From Prasinococcaceae sp. CCMP 1430 (lineage: Eukaryota > Plantae > Prasinodermophyta): a stretch of DNA of 64,000 bases. The stretch is from assembly GCA_013416795.1 (NCBI GenBank), contig RQSC01000031.1, positions 343,984 through 407,983 on the forward strand, written 5' to 3'. Both the position numbers and the translations under genes were made by a program. Below the pieces are notes generated by a model that did no database searches, was not told the DNA's origin, and saw only the letters and a program-made list of their open reading frames with translations. Positions 53,820 to 64,000 of this stretch are shown piece after piece; positions within the stretch are counted from its first letter, which is position 1; each line of letters starts with the position of its first letter.

Positions 53820-55214
53820 GTGGTGGCCCAGAGTGCGCGCGCCAGAGTGCGCGCTGCAGCGGTCACCACCGTCAGCGCGCCCGATGAGGGAGAGGCGGGT
53901 TCGGCAGGGCAAGATCCGGCAGCCGATACCGTCGATGCTGCAGTCGACGGCGATGAGCACGTCGCGGCAAAGATGGAGGCTCTGAAGAAGACGCTGCTGC
54001 TGGGCGTGCTCTTCGGTATGTGGTACCTCTTCAACATATACTTTAACATCTACAACAAGCAGGTGCTCGGGGCGACGGCGACACCGTTCCTGAACACGGC
54101 CCTGCAATTCGCCATCGGGGTCGTGTTCGCGGCGATAATGTGGGCGACAGGCTTGCACAAGGTGCCCACGGTAACGAGGAAGCAGCTGGTGACGATCCTC
54201 CCGCTGGCGCTCGTGCACACATTCGGCAACTTGCTCACCAACGTGTCGCTGGGCAAGGTGGCCGTGAGCTTCACGCACACTATCAAGGCGCTGGAGCCAT
54301 TCTTCTCTGTGGCGCTCTCCTCGATCTTTCTCGGCGCGCCAGTCACCTTGCCGGTGGTCCTGTCGCTCACGCCTATCGTGGCGGGCGTCGCGCTGGCGAG
54401 CGCCACGGAGGCCTCCTTCAACTGGGCTGGCTTCGGCGCAGCGATGGGCTCGAACCTCACCTTCCAGAGCCGCAATGTGCTCAGCAAGAAGGTGCGCGGC
54501 GCGGATCGGGTCGGAGCGATGCAGTTCCAGGCGTCTGCGCGGGCGCGTTTGCGCCAGTGAGACGCGCGGCAACGCGTTGGCTGCAATCGGGGCGCTGCTG
54601 TCGTCCTCGCGCGCGATGCGATTCGCGTCCTCTCTTCCAGCCCTCCACCCTCCTTCCTGCTCCCCCGACGGGGGCGCGCCCGCGCTTTCGCGTGTGCTGA
54701 CGTGTCCGCTGCGCCCGCGCGCCCCGTCGCTCCTTGTGCGTGCTCCTTCGCTGCGGCCGCCGTCCATTCACGCGCGTGGCGCGCTCATGAACAGGTGATG
54801 ACCGGTGACTTCAAGAAGGGCCTTGACAACATCAATCTGTTCTCAATTATCACCATCATGTCGTTCTTCATCATGACGCCCATTGCGCTCGCAGTTGAGG
54901 GCATGAAGCTCGCGCCGTCTAATCTCGCCACCATGGGACTCGATCCGGCCGCAATCCTGTACAAGGCCGTCTGCGCTGGGCTGCTTTTCCATGCCTACCA
55001 GCAGGTGAGCTTCATGATCCTCGAGCGGGTAAACCCTGTCACGCACTCCGTCGGCAACTGCGTGAAGCGTGTGGTCGTCATCGCCTCGAGCATCATCTTC
55101 TTCCAGACGCCGGTGTCGACGCTCAACATCGTTGGCACCATCATCGCACTGTCGGGTGTCTTCCTGTACGCACGTGTGAAGTCGTCGGAGCCGGCAGCAA
55201 AGAAGACTGCATAG
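53820..55214 (+). CDS. PPT: Plastid phosphoenolpyruvate/phosphate translocator; intron 54492-54794; 5' end unresolved
   Basis: [63 protein letters not shown]. Confidence 0.92.
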
Positions 55215-55630
55215 GGCCCGCACCCCGGCGTTGTGCTCATCGCGCTCGCGCGGACAACCGGTCGCGTGGATTAATAGGATTATGTCAGCGCCGGCCAGCG
55301 CACTCCCGCGTGCAATGCCACGCATCTAATACATTCATTAATTGGTGTCAAGAACCCGCAGCAGGCCGCGCCGGTGCGCTAGCACAGCCGTGCGCGCGCA
55401 CAGCCGGCAGAGTGGGCGTGGGTGTCCGAGGCGTGGCGAGGAAAGAGCATCCGCGCACCATGGCGCTTGTGCTGGCTAGGCTAGCGCTGGCACTCTTGAG
55501 GAACGCAGCTTCGGTCTCCTTACATGCAGCAGCACCGCACAATGTCGCGGCGCGACGCGCAGCCGCTCGGTCACGAAGCCGACGCATTAATTCTCAGGGG
55601 TGGGCGCACCGCGAGTAGCACACGGAGAAT

Positions 55631-56963
55631 CTACTCCTTCTGCTTCATGCTCTGGATGGCCTCCTCGTCCATGGCGCTCACGACGATCACGTACACGTCG
55701 TTGCCGGCCTCGAAGGACTCCGTGATCTGCTTGGCGAGATCCGCGTCGTTGGGCATCTTGAGGTCGTCCTTGGTGTCGCCATCCTCGGTCATGAGGGACA
55801 CCTGAGGTTTCGCGTCCGCCAGAGCAGGTCGAGGACAGATGGGTGGACGCGCACACAGTCAGCATCGAGGGGAGAAAGACGCATGGAACGGACGGGGGCG
55901 CCGCCCAGGGTGGCGCACGGCGCGAGGGGGCGAGGGGGAAACAGAAGGCGCAACGACGACACCCGTAGTCGCGCCTCGCGTGTGCACCACCCACGCAACC
56001 GCAGGGAGAGCGCAACCGCGCGCGCGCGCGCACGCGCAGCGCACGCGCTGCGCACGCCCAGGACAGACGCCGCAATGGTCACGGCTGGGTCGCGCGCCCC
56101 CGACTGCAAACGCCATTGCCCCCCGCAGCGCGCGCACATCGGTCACACAGCACGCAGCGCGCGGCGCGCAGTCGCCGCGCCGCGGCGCGCATCGCAGTCG
56201 TGTCCCTCGAGGGGCCGGACCAGCCGCGCGCGCGCGCGCGGGGGGGGGACATGCGCGCGGCGCCCGCTCGCTCCGCGCGCCACGTACGAAGCCGTCCTCC
56301 TCGTCGATGTCGAGCAGCTGGTACTCGGTGCGCTTGACGTGGGGCACCTGTGCGCGCGGGGTGCGGAAGGGAGGGCGGCGGGTGCGGGGAGGGCGCGGGG
56401 GCAGCGCAGCGCGCGCGCGCGAGGGGTGGGCGGGTGGCGAAACCACGGTGGCGGGGGCGGGTGCCATCGATATCGAACGCTCTCCTTCGTCAGCATAACC
56501 CACGGGCGACTCCAATGCGCGCGGCGCGCCGGCCCGCGCGGCGCGCGCCCGAAAAAGGGACAGAAAATCGAAGCAGAAAAAAAAGCCGCGGTTCGCGCGC
56601 GGCGACGGCGTCAGCGCCAAGTTCCACGTGCCCGTGCCGCAGAAGGCCACCGAGCTCTACGAGCTGCAGCGGCGGCGGCGGCGCTGCGTGGACNCGCCCG
56701 CGGGGGCGGCGATCCCAGCTCTCCCGAGCGCAGAGCAGCCGCATCGCGGCGCCCCGGCCGCGCACACGCGCGTGCGCGTGCGCCTCCGGGACGCGTGCGT
56801 GCGCGTGCGGGAAGGGGGGAGCGTCCGCGGCGCCGCGCACCTTGCACGGGCGGTTCTTGATCACGATGTGGCCGTTCTTGCGGATGTTGCCCGCCTGCAT
56901 CGGGAAGGTGGTGGAGGCGCCGGCATCGGCGGACTCGAACTGGAGGTCGGCCTCGTCCGCCAT
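55631..56963 (-). CDS. eIF5A: Translation factor eIF5A; exons 56963-56841, 56347-56288, 55801-55631; middle exon missing from the assembly
   Basis: FESADAGASTTFPMQAGNIRKNGHIVIKNRPCK; VPHVKRTEYQLLDIDEEDGF; VSLMTEDGDTKDDLKMP. Confidence 0.93.
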
Positions 56964-57636
56964 GGCGGCTGTCAGGGGGTTGGCGCTCCGGGTTCGGAGT
57001 GTGGCGCACCGCCCGCGCCCGCGGCCGCCCACAGGTCCACGCGCGCACTTGCGCACGCGTGCAGCATTTTTTTTTCTCCTTATTTTCTTTCTTCCCCAGG
57101 GGGCCGCCCCGCGCGTTCGCCGGCCCGAAATGCGCGACGTTCCGCGCTTTTACCCCCCTTCCCCAGCAGCGGCGCCGACCACGGAGCGCACCTCGGCGCG
57201 TTCCGTCCTGCCAAACCCGAACGCGCGCCCGCGCCCGAAAAAGCGGGATAATAATCGCGGTCTCGCGGCTGCGGGGCGGCGGCTGAAAACCGCGCCGGAG
57301 GGACCCCTTCATCAAATCAAATTGAATCGTATCAAAATGCATGCTGTTTGTGCTGTGGTTGGCACATGTGTTGGGGTCGCGTGGGATTTGACGTCGTGTT
57401 CTTCTCCTTCTCGCAAAAAAAAACATACATCAAAACCCATCGCGCGTGCTGGTAGCCCCGCACGGCCTTTTTTGGTGCTGTCACCACCCTCATGAAAAAG
57501 ATCGTCTACCCTTTTTTTACGGGCGCGTAATTTCGACGTGGAGTAAACGACGGAAAACATCCGCGAGGAAGAACGCGCCCTGGAAGCTTCGCTTTGGCCT
57601 TCGGAGGCTGCCTCGTTGGCTGGTGCGCCCGTCTAG

Positions 57637-58224
57637 CTAGGGGCGCATGGCGCTGCCGGCGTGGCCGCCCGCGTACATGAACTGCGTGTTGTCGCCCTTG
57701 CCAGCGTCGTGCGCCGACTTAAAGCCCGTGGCCACCGCGGCGAAGATGCTGAGGATGAGGAAGCCGGCAAGCGCACCGCCGGCGATCACTGCCACGCGCA
57801 GGTTGTTCACGACGAAGTCTTCGATGTCCGACTGGTCGACCTGACCTTCGTCGGTCATGCAGTTTTCCGGATCCTCCGCGCACCATTCGGCGACGTACTG
57901 CGAGACGGCACTCAGGTTGAATGCGCAGCCCGTGGCGGTGACGATCAGCGCGGTGTAGAGGCACAGCAGCAGCAGGATGTACAGCATGATCGACATGCGG
58001 CTCTTCGAGGCCGCGAAGCAACCCAGCAGGGCCACGACAAGAATGCCTGCGCCGAGCACGACGAGCGAGGGGCCCGCCCACTCGACGAGCTCGGGCACTT
58101 CTGGGAGGTCCTCGTGGTGCGAGCTGGCATCGGAGATGATGTACCCTCCCGCGCCCAAGATCGCCACGGCCACGACCAAGAGGATGCCGTTGGTGATGCG
58201 CAGGAAGCCCGTTACGAGAGCCAT
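57637..58224 (-). CDS. Tetraspanin-like 4-TM protein
   Basis: Four hydrophobic helices, ALLGCFAA after TM2, short Cys-containing second loop. Confidence 0.7.
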   Translation of the reverse strand: MALVTGFLRITNGILLVVAVAILGAGGYIISDASSHHEDLPEVPELVEWAGPSLVVLGAGILVVALLGCFAASKSRMSIMLYILLLLCLYTALIVTATGCAFNLSAVSQYVAEWCAEDPENCMTDEGQVDQSDIEDFVVNNLRVAVIAGGALAGFLILSIFAAVATGFKSAHDAGKGDNTQFMYAGGHAGSAMRP

Positions 58225-59186
58225 GTCGACGGGAGCGCGTGCGTACGTGTGCCTGCGTGTGCCCATCCGCACGCGCGCACGGCAGGGAGATATCACGCGC
58301 ATGTCAGAGGGTCAGCCGTCTGCATGCGGACTCGAGGGCGCGCGCGCGGCGTGCGCACGTTCGGCAGAGTTCTGGGTGGAGAGAGGAGAGGTAGGGACGG
58401 GGGAGGGGAAGGGGCAGCGGGCCGCACGCGCGCGCCCCGCCCGGCCCGGATGAAACAAAGCTTCGCCGCCCACGCCTCGCCGCGCCTCACCTCGCACGTT
58501 GTGGCGCGCGCGCGCTTGCCCGTCCCCTTCTCCTTCTTTCCCCCCCCCCCCCCCTCCTCCCGCAGGCCGCCAGGCCGCGCCCGCGGCCGGCGCTGCCCTC
58601 GCGATCGGGCAGCGCCCGCTCCGCGGCGGCCACCTGTTCGTCCTCGTTCCTCCGCCCTCCGCGCCTGCGCGCGGCGCTTCCGCGCGCGCGCCAGCGCGCG
58701 AAGGGGAACGGGGTTCCAAATTCTCCTTCCAATCCGGAATCCCATGGACTCCACCAGGTCAATCAACGTCACAAACCTGGGCTCGGTCGCACGGCGGACG
58801 CAATGCTCTCCCCGGGATTCCCTGTTCCTCGAGCGGCGGTTGGTTTCGAGTGGTTGGGGCGACGCAAGCGCCAACGGGAGTCACGCGGATCGCGCGCGCG
58901 GGACGCCATCAAATGCCATCAAAACGCACGCGCCAGCCATCACACGCACACGTGAACGTTCCATCAAAACGAACGCGCGCGGCGGGGCGCACGCGCAGGT
59001 GCCAGTTGGCGCCGGCCGCGCGTCGCCGCGGGCGGGCACGCCCATTTTTTATTTCACTGCATTCCTCTCTTCGGAGCGCTTCCGGCCTGCGCGCGGCCTT
59101 CGCGCGGCCTCCCCCCCCGCGGTGGTGCCGCATCGCGTCGGATCGAGTGCTGGGTCCGCGCCGTCTCGGCTCGACGTCGATGCGGC

Positions 59187-59187
<1 letters not shown>

Positions 59188-59218
<31 letters not shown>
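59188..59218. repeat. Poly(T) tract in a divergent promoter
   Basis: About 31 consecutive T. Confidence 0.9.
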
Positions 59219-59221
<3 letters not shown>

Positions 59222-59291
59222 CGCGCGGGCGCGCGCGCGGGCGTGCGTGTTGTGTGTCCGCTCGCGCGCGCGCGCGCGCGCTGCGGGGGCG

Positions 59292-60299
59292 ATGGCGGCC
59301 TCCGGGACGCGGCAGCGCGTGGACGTGTTTTACGACGTGGGCTCGCCGTACTCGTGGCTCGCGCTGGAGACGCTCTGGGCGTACCGCGGGGCGTGGGCGC
59401 TCGACCTGCGCCTGCGGCCTGCGCTGCTCGGCGGCGTCTTCAAGGCGTGCGGCAACATGCCGCCCGCGCTGGCGGCACCGTTCAAGGCGCCACAGATGAT
59501 GAAGGACATGTCTCGCGCCGCCGCACAATGGTGGGGCGCGCGCGCGCGCTGCCGACGCGGCTGGGTGTGCTGCGTGGGCGCGTCTCGCCGCTGGCGCGCG
59601 CGCAGGCCGAGGAGGGGAGGAGGAGCTGCAGGCTTTTTGGACCTCGGGCACTGACGGCGCTGTGTGCGCTCGCAGGGGCGTGCCGGTGGTGGGCGCGCCG
59701 GGAAACTTCGTGACTGGCTTCAGTACCACGAAAGGCATGAGGTTCTTGGCGGCCGCGGCGAAGAAGTACGGCGAGACGGACCCGCGGCTGATGGCGCTCA
59801 CGCGCGGCGTCTACGCCCACACATGGGGGGAGGCGGGCGCTGGAAAGGACGTCACCCTCGCGCCGGAAGCGCTGAGAGACGCAGCGCGGCGTGCGGGGCT
59901 CCTTGAAGACGCCGACGAGCTCATCGCGGCGTCAGCTTCGGACGACGGCAAGGTACGCTGCGCTGTGCAGCACACACAACCTCTGACGTGCCCGACTGAG
60001 CGCTGACATCACTGCGTTGATGTGCGCCCCCTTGTGCACATCGCGCGAACCCCCATCCGTGCAAAAAGGCGGCCCTACGCGAGGCCACTGCGGCTGCGGT
60101 GGAGGACGGCGCCTTCGGGTTTCCATGGATCGTCGTGCGCGCGCCTTTCGTGCATCCACTGCCAAAGCTCGGACCCGCCGCCAAGCCGCCCGCTGAGGGC
60201 GAACCGCTGTGCTTCTTTGGTTCGGACAGGTTCGAGCAAATGGCCTATTTGCTGGGCAAGCCGTGGGCCGGGCCGAGGGGCCCGCAGGCGAAGCTATGA
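59292..60299 (+). CDS. GSTK1: Glutathione S-transferase kappa (DsbA-like) with PTS1; introns ~59530-59675 and 59953-60068
   Basis: FYDVGSPYSWL, LLGGVFKACGNMPP, GAFGFPW, FFGSDRFEQMAYLLG; C-terminal AKL. Confidence 0.9.
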
Positions 60300-60366
60300 G
60301 CAAGGCGCCAGCGAACGCACGCGTCGCCCAGCGAGCGAGAGATGTATCACACCCCATGGTATTTTA

Positions 60367-61670
60367 TTACATCCCAGCGAGTTCGGCCCATTGCGCGAGC
60401 AGTTCCCTCGTGACGATGGCTCCGCCGCAGCATACGACTACCACAGGCCCCTCCCTACCTTGGACGGCCGCGCGCAGCTCCTCAGCGGCGCCGTAGGCAG
60501 CTGCGAGGGCGGCACCGCACGCGGGCTCCACCAGGACGCGCTGATCTTCGGAGAGCCGCACCGCCGCGCCTGCAGCATCCTCGTCTGTGCACGTCCACGT
60601 CGACACCAAGCCTGTGTGCGAGCGCGCCGCGCACACGCGCGCGGTTGCAGAGAGGCCCCGCCGCAATCACGCACGCGCGGGCATGCGGGGTGTCAGTTTC
60701 AATAACGCGTGGCGCACGTCGCGCGGCAAGGACCCGCCCTTGTGCTCTCCCTGCGCGTGAGCACGACAGCCCAACGCACCCTTCGCTGCCCGCTTCGTGC
60801 ATTCGTCAAATACAGTTGGCGACGCTCTGTCCGCGCCGAGAGACTTGGCGATCGACGTGATACCCGGCAGAGTGACGAGCTCGCCAGCGTCCAACGCCGC
60901 CGCGAGACAGTTGGCGCCGTGTGTCTCGCACGCAACGACACGCACGCTTTCGCCCCAGCCGTTGCGGTCGACGCCGCGCAGCACGCCCATGAGCAGGCCT
61001 CCGCCACCCACCGAAGCGACGATGGCCGCGGGCTCGGCGCCCTGCAGGTGTCGCGTGGCGAGGCCACGGCGCGTGGCCAACGCACAGGGAAGGCGCACTG
61101 GTCAGCTGGAAGCGCTCGTCTTGTTCCTCGGACACGACACGCGCGCGAGTCGCGCGCGACTTCGCGCCGCGCTGCCCATCTGCGCGCACTCACACCAAGC
61201 TGCTCCTTGATCTCGTCGACGAGGCTCGCGTTGCCGTCCCACGTGGCCTCGCCTTCGAACGGATGCACCATGGCGCCGTTGCGCTCGGCGCAGACCTTCT
61301 CGGCGAACGCGTTCGCCTCGGCCCACTGCGAGCCGTGCACGGTGACCTTGGCGCCGTACGACTCGAGGCGGGCGCGCACGAATTCGGGCGTGGACGATGG
61401 CACGCACACCTCGCATGGCAGGCCGAGCGCCCGCGCGGCGTACGCGGCGGCGAGCCCCGCGTTGCCGCCGGAGCTGGATACGATCTCGCTCGCGCCAGCA
61501 GCCTTGGCAGCCGCACACGTCGCCCCGATGCCGCGTAGCTTAAACGATCCCGAGGGCTGTGCGTTCTCCAGCTTGAGCATCACCTCGCGCCCCATCGCCG
61601 CGCTCAGCGCCTCGGAGCGCACGAGCGGCGTCTCGACGTGCAGCCGCTCGGGCGCGGCCGCGCGCGCCAT
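60367..61670 (-). CDS. L-serine/threonine dehydratase (SDS/SDSL-like, PLP-dependent); introns 61042-61193 and 60612-60779
   Basis: LKLENAQPSGSFKLRGIG, SSGGNAG, SVGGGGL, ITSIAKSLG, LVEPACGAALAA. Confidence 0.92.
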
Positions 61671-61674
61671 CGCG

Positions 61675-61738
61675 NNNNNNNNNNNNNNNNNNNNNNNNNN
61701 NNNNNNNNNNNNNNNNNNNNNNNNNNNNNNNNNNNNNN
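61675..61738. other. Assembly gap covering the divergent promoter of the dehydratase and CDC123
   Basis: N run. Confidence 0.99.
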
Positions 61739-62978
61739 GCGCTGCGCCGGGCGGACGTGGACGCGTGCGCCGCGCACCGCTGGCGGAGCACCTTCGGAGC
61801 GCTCGCGCTGCCCGGCGCGCGAGAGCTCGGCCCGCTGCCGCGCGACTTCGTGCGGTGGCTCGTGGCAGACGGCGTCTTCGCGGGCGACGACTCCAGGGCG
61901 GTGCCGGCGCGTGCTGACGAGCTCGACAGGGCAGCGGCATTCTCAGGTGAGCACCCGCGGCGCATGCGCTCCCATTGCCGGTCCCGCGCTGCTGCTGTCC
62001 ACTGGCGCTCGCGAGGAGCCGCCGGCAGCCAGCGCGCACGCTGATGAGCACGCGCCTCTGCGCTACGCAGAGTCCGATTCCGAATCGGAGAGCGACGGCG
62101 ACAGCGACTCGGTCGAAGAGCCTGCCTTTCCCAAGCTCTCTGTTGAGATCGACGCGGCAATTGCGGCTCTTGGCGGCGCGGTGCTGCCCAAACTCAACTG
62201 GTCGGCACCCAAGGACGCCGTGTGGCTTTCCCCGACGGGCTCAGCCAAGTGCACAAACGCGGAGGAGGTGCTCCTGCTGCTCAAGGCATCCGACTCGATC
62301 GCGCACGACGTGTGCGATGCATACCACTGCTGTATCGACAACGACCGCGGCGCGGAGCGCCCTGAGAGCGCGGACGGGCCGCACGGCGGAGATATGTTCC
62401 TGACGCTCCGCAGGTGGCACGAGCTGCGGCCGGCGATGCTGTTCCGCTGCTTCGTGCGCTCGCGCCGGCTCGTGGGCGCGTGCCAGCGAGACCCATCGCA
62501 GTTCTTTCCCTTCCTGAGGGACGAGCGCAGTCGCCTCGTGCACGCCATTGGCGCGTTCGTGCGCGAGCGCATCGCGCCGCGCTTCGAGAGGGAGCACGTC
62601 GTCGTCGACGTGTACGTGCAACAGAGCGGCGATCAGATGAAGGTCCACCTCGTCGACTTCAACCCCGCTGGCGGCAGCACGCTACCGCTCATGTTCGAGT
62701 GGGAGGAGCTCGGGTACGATTGCTCCGAGGGTGGAGGCGTCGCGGGCGGGCAAAGCGGTGGCGAGGCTGGCGGCGCGGGGGGGGAGGATTGTGCTGGCCA
62801 CGACGACGATGGTGGTGCTTTCGAGCTGCGCATCGTCGAGGAGGAGCAGATGGTGCGACCTGGACTGCGCCTCGGCGTGCCGCTCGACATGGTTGACACC
62901 TCTGCGGGTGGTGCCATCGATCAGGCGATGAAGAATTTTGAGCTTCAGCGGCGGCAGCGGCAGGAGGAGCGACAATAG
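61739..62978 (+). CDS. CDC123: Cell division cycle protein 123 (D123); start in the gap; intron 61947-62071
   Basis: LGGAVLPKLNWSAPKDAVW, LLLKASDSIAHD, FRCFVR, LVDFNP...TLPLMFEWEEL. Confidence 0.93.
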
Positions 62979-63277
62979 AGCGGCACTGCGTCCTTGCGCA
63001 CCTCCGGCGCTCGCACAATTCGGCCTCGCCGAAGCTGCCGGTGGTGGGGTGTACTGCAATCGCACCATCTACAGAGATTATTAAAAACCACAACGTGCCA
63101 CAGCCATGCCTACCCCGAGCGGAGTGTGGTGCCCGGGCGCCCGCTGGTGAGCACTGGCTGCTGGTGCGCGCTGCTGGACGAAGCGGGGCGGGGCGGCTAC
63201 AGGAGGCCAGCCGCGGGAACCCCTGCCCGCCTGCGCTGCGCAGTGCGCGCGAGTTCGACCGGCACAACTCTCAACCC

Positions 63278-63550
63278 TCAATCGCTCGGCGGCGGGCCGA
63301 CCACGAAGACGTAGACGAACAGCAGCGCGAGGCACACGCCGATGCCGCCCTTGGCGAACGCCTCCGAATTCCACCCGCGGAGCGCGCGGTCCTCAGTGCG
63401 CCGGATGTCGTCGTACGCAAAGTTCCCGGTGCCCTTGGAGGACGACTCGCGCGGCCTCTCCATGACGTCGACGTAGTCGGACATGTCGGATATCTTGAGC
63501 TGCTTGCGCATGTTCGTGAGAAACTCCTCGCGGCGGCGCTGCTCGCGCTG
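63278..63550 (-). CDS. C-terminal part of a hypothetical protein with a C-terminal TM helix; 5' part absent
   Basis: Coding-like frame ending GGIGVCLALLFVYVFVVGPPPSD*. Confidence 0.55.
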   Translation of the reverse strand, partial: QREQRRREEFLTNMRKQLKISDMSDYVDVMERPRESSSKGTGNFAYDDIRRTEDRALRGWNSEAFAKGGIGVCLALLFVYVFVVGPPPSD

Positions 63551-64000
63551 CTCGCTCTCGCAGCGGCGCCTGCGGCTGTGGCGGCGGGTCTGAAGGATGA
63601 TGACGAGCTGGTTGAGGAGTCGCCGGTGCAGGAGAAGCGCGCGAAGGTGGCGGCCGGCGCGGGCGCTCTGCGCGTGAAGAAGGGCGGCAAGGGCAACAGC
63701 GAGGCCGCCTCGCTCCGCGCCATCGAGCTGCCCATCGCGCACAACCTCGGCGCGTCCGGGGCCTTCGTGCCCGCGGGTGCCTTTACCGCCAAGGCCGGCT
63801 TTGCGATGGTGAAGGGCTCGCAATCGCTGCACGTCAAGGCGCTGCGCCTCAAGCGCACACAGCTGTCCGCCGACGAGCAGGACGCCCTCTCAGCGCTGGT
63901 CGCGGCCGACGCGTACTACACGCTCGCTGTGCCGGCCGGCCTATTCGCGGCCGAGGGTGACGGCGGGGAGGCTGCTGCCGCCGAGGCCGCTGCGGGCGAG
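63530..64000 (+). CDS. EMC10: ER membrane complex subunit 10-like, partial (no ATG; runs off the window)
   Basis: Signal peptide AALLALLALAAAPAAVAA; IAHNLGASGAFVPAG...LKRTQLSADEQDALSALVAADAYYTLAVP. Confidence 0.65.

Noticed and set aside
3016-62071. Introner-like repeated introns
   Set aside because: Introns share only donor, branch and acceptor motifs; no extended similarity was visible by eye
1501-62978. Cell-cycle gene cluster (KRP, APC10, CDC123)
   Set aside because: Spread over 60 kb among unrelated genes; consistent with chance

Overview
Eukaryotic, very GC- and CpG-rich, gene-dense nuclear DNA of a green alga. A prasinophyte/Prasinoderma-like organism is inferred from the plastid-targeted genes, plant-type homologues, short GT(G/A)CG...GCTGAC...CAG introns and TGTAA 3' signals. 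About 35 protein genes can be modelled by hand, including NSRP1, a KH/WW RNA-binding protein, CDC50, a TBC RabGAP, an LRR protein, TPR-DnaJ, APC10, SmD2, DHRS12, UTP13, mS45, ACR11/12, trigger factor, PPT, eIF5A, GST-kappa, serine dehydratase, CDC123 and EMC10. No tRNA, rRNA, CRISPR array or intact transposon was seen. Highlights: (i) a single-exon fusion of a 2OG-Fe(II) hydroxylase with a hydroxylysine-kinase-type phosphotransferase; (ii) a CDK inhibitor combining the animal p21/p27 RRLFG cyclin-binding motif with plant KRP motifs; (iii) a probable REC114/PHS1 meiotic gene beside a degenerate kinesin and a tandem ECT2L/NSMF-like domain protein; (iv) an RlmD-type RNA methyltransferase with a CTT-TGA +1 shift and an in-frame TGA but intact introns; (v) telo-box motifs in many intergenic promoters. 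Several GC-rich 5' ends look collapsed or mis-joined, so fusions and overlaps need checking against reads. All family assignments come from motif recognition, not database searches.
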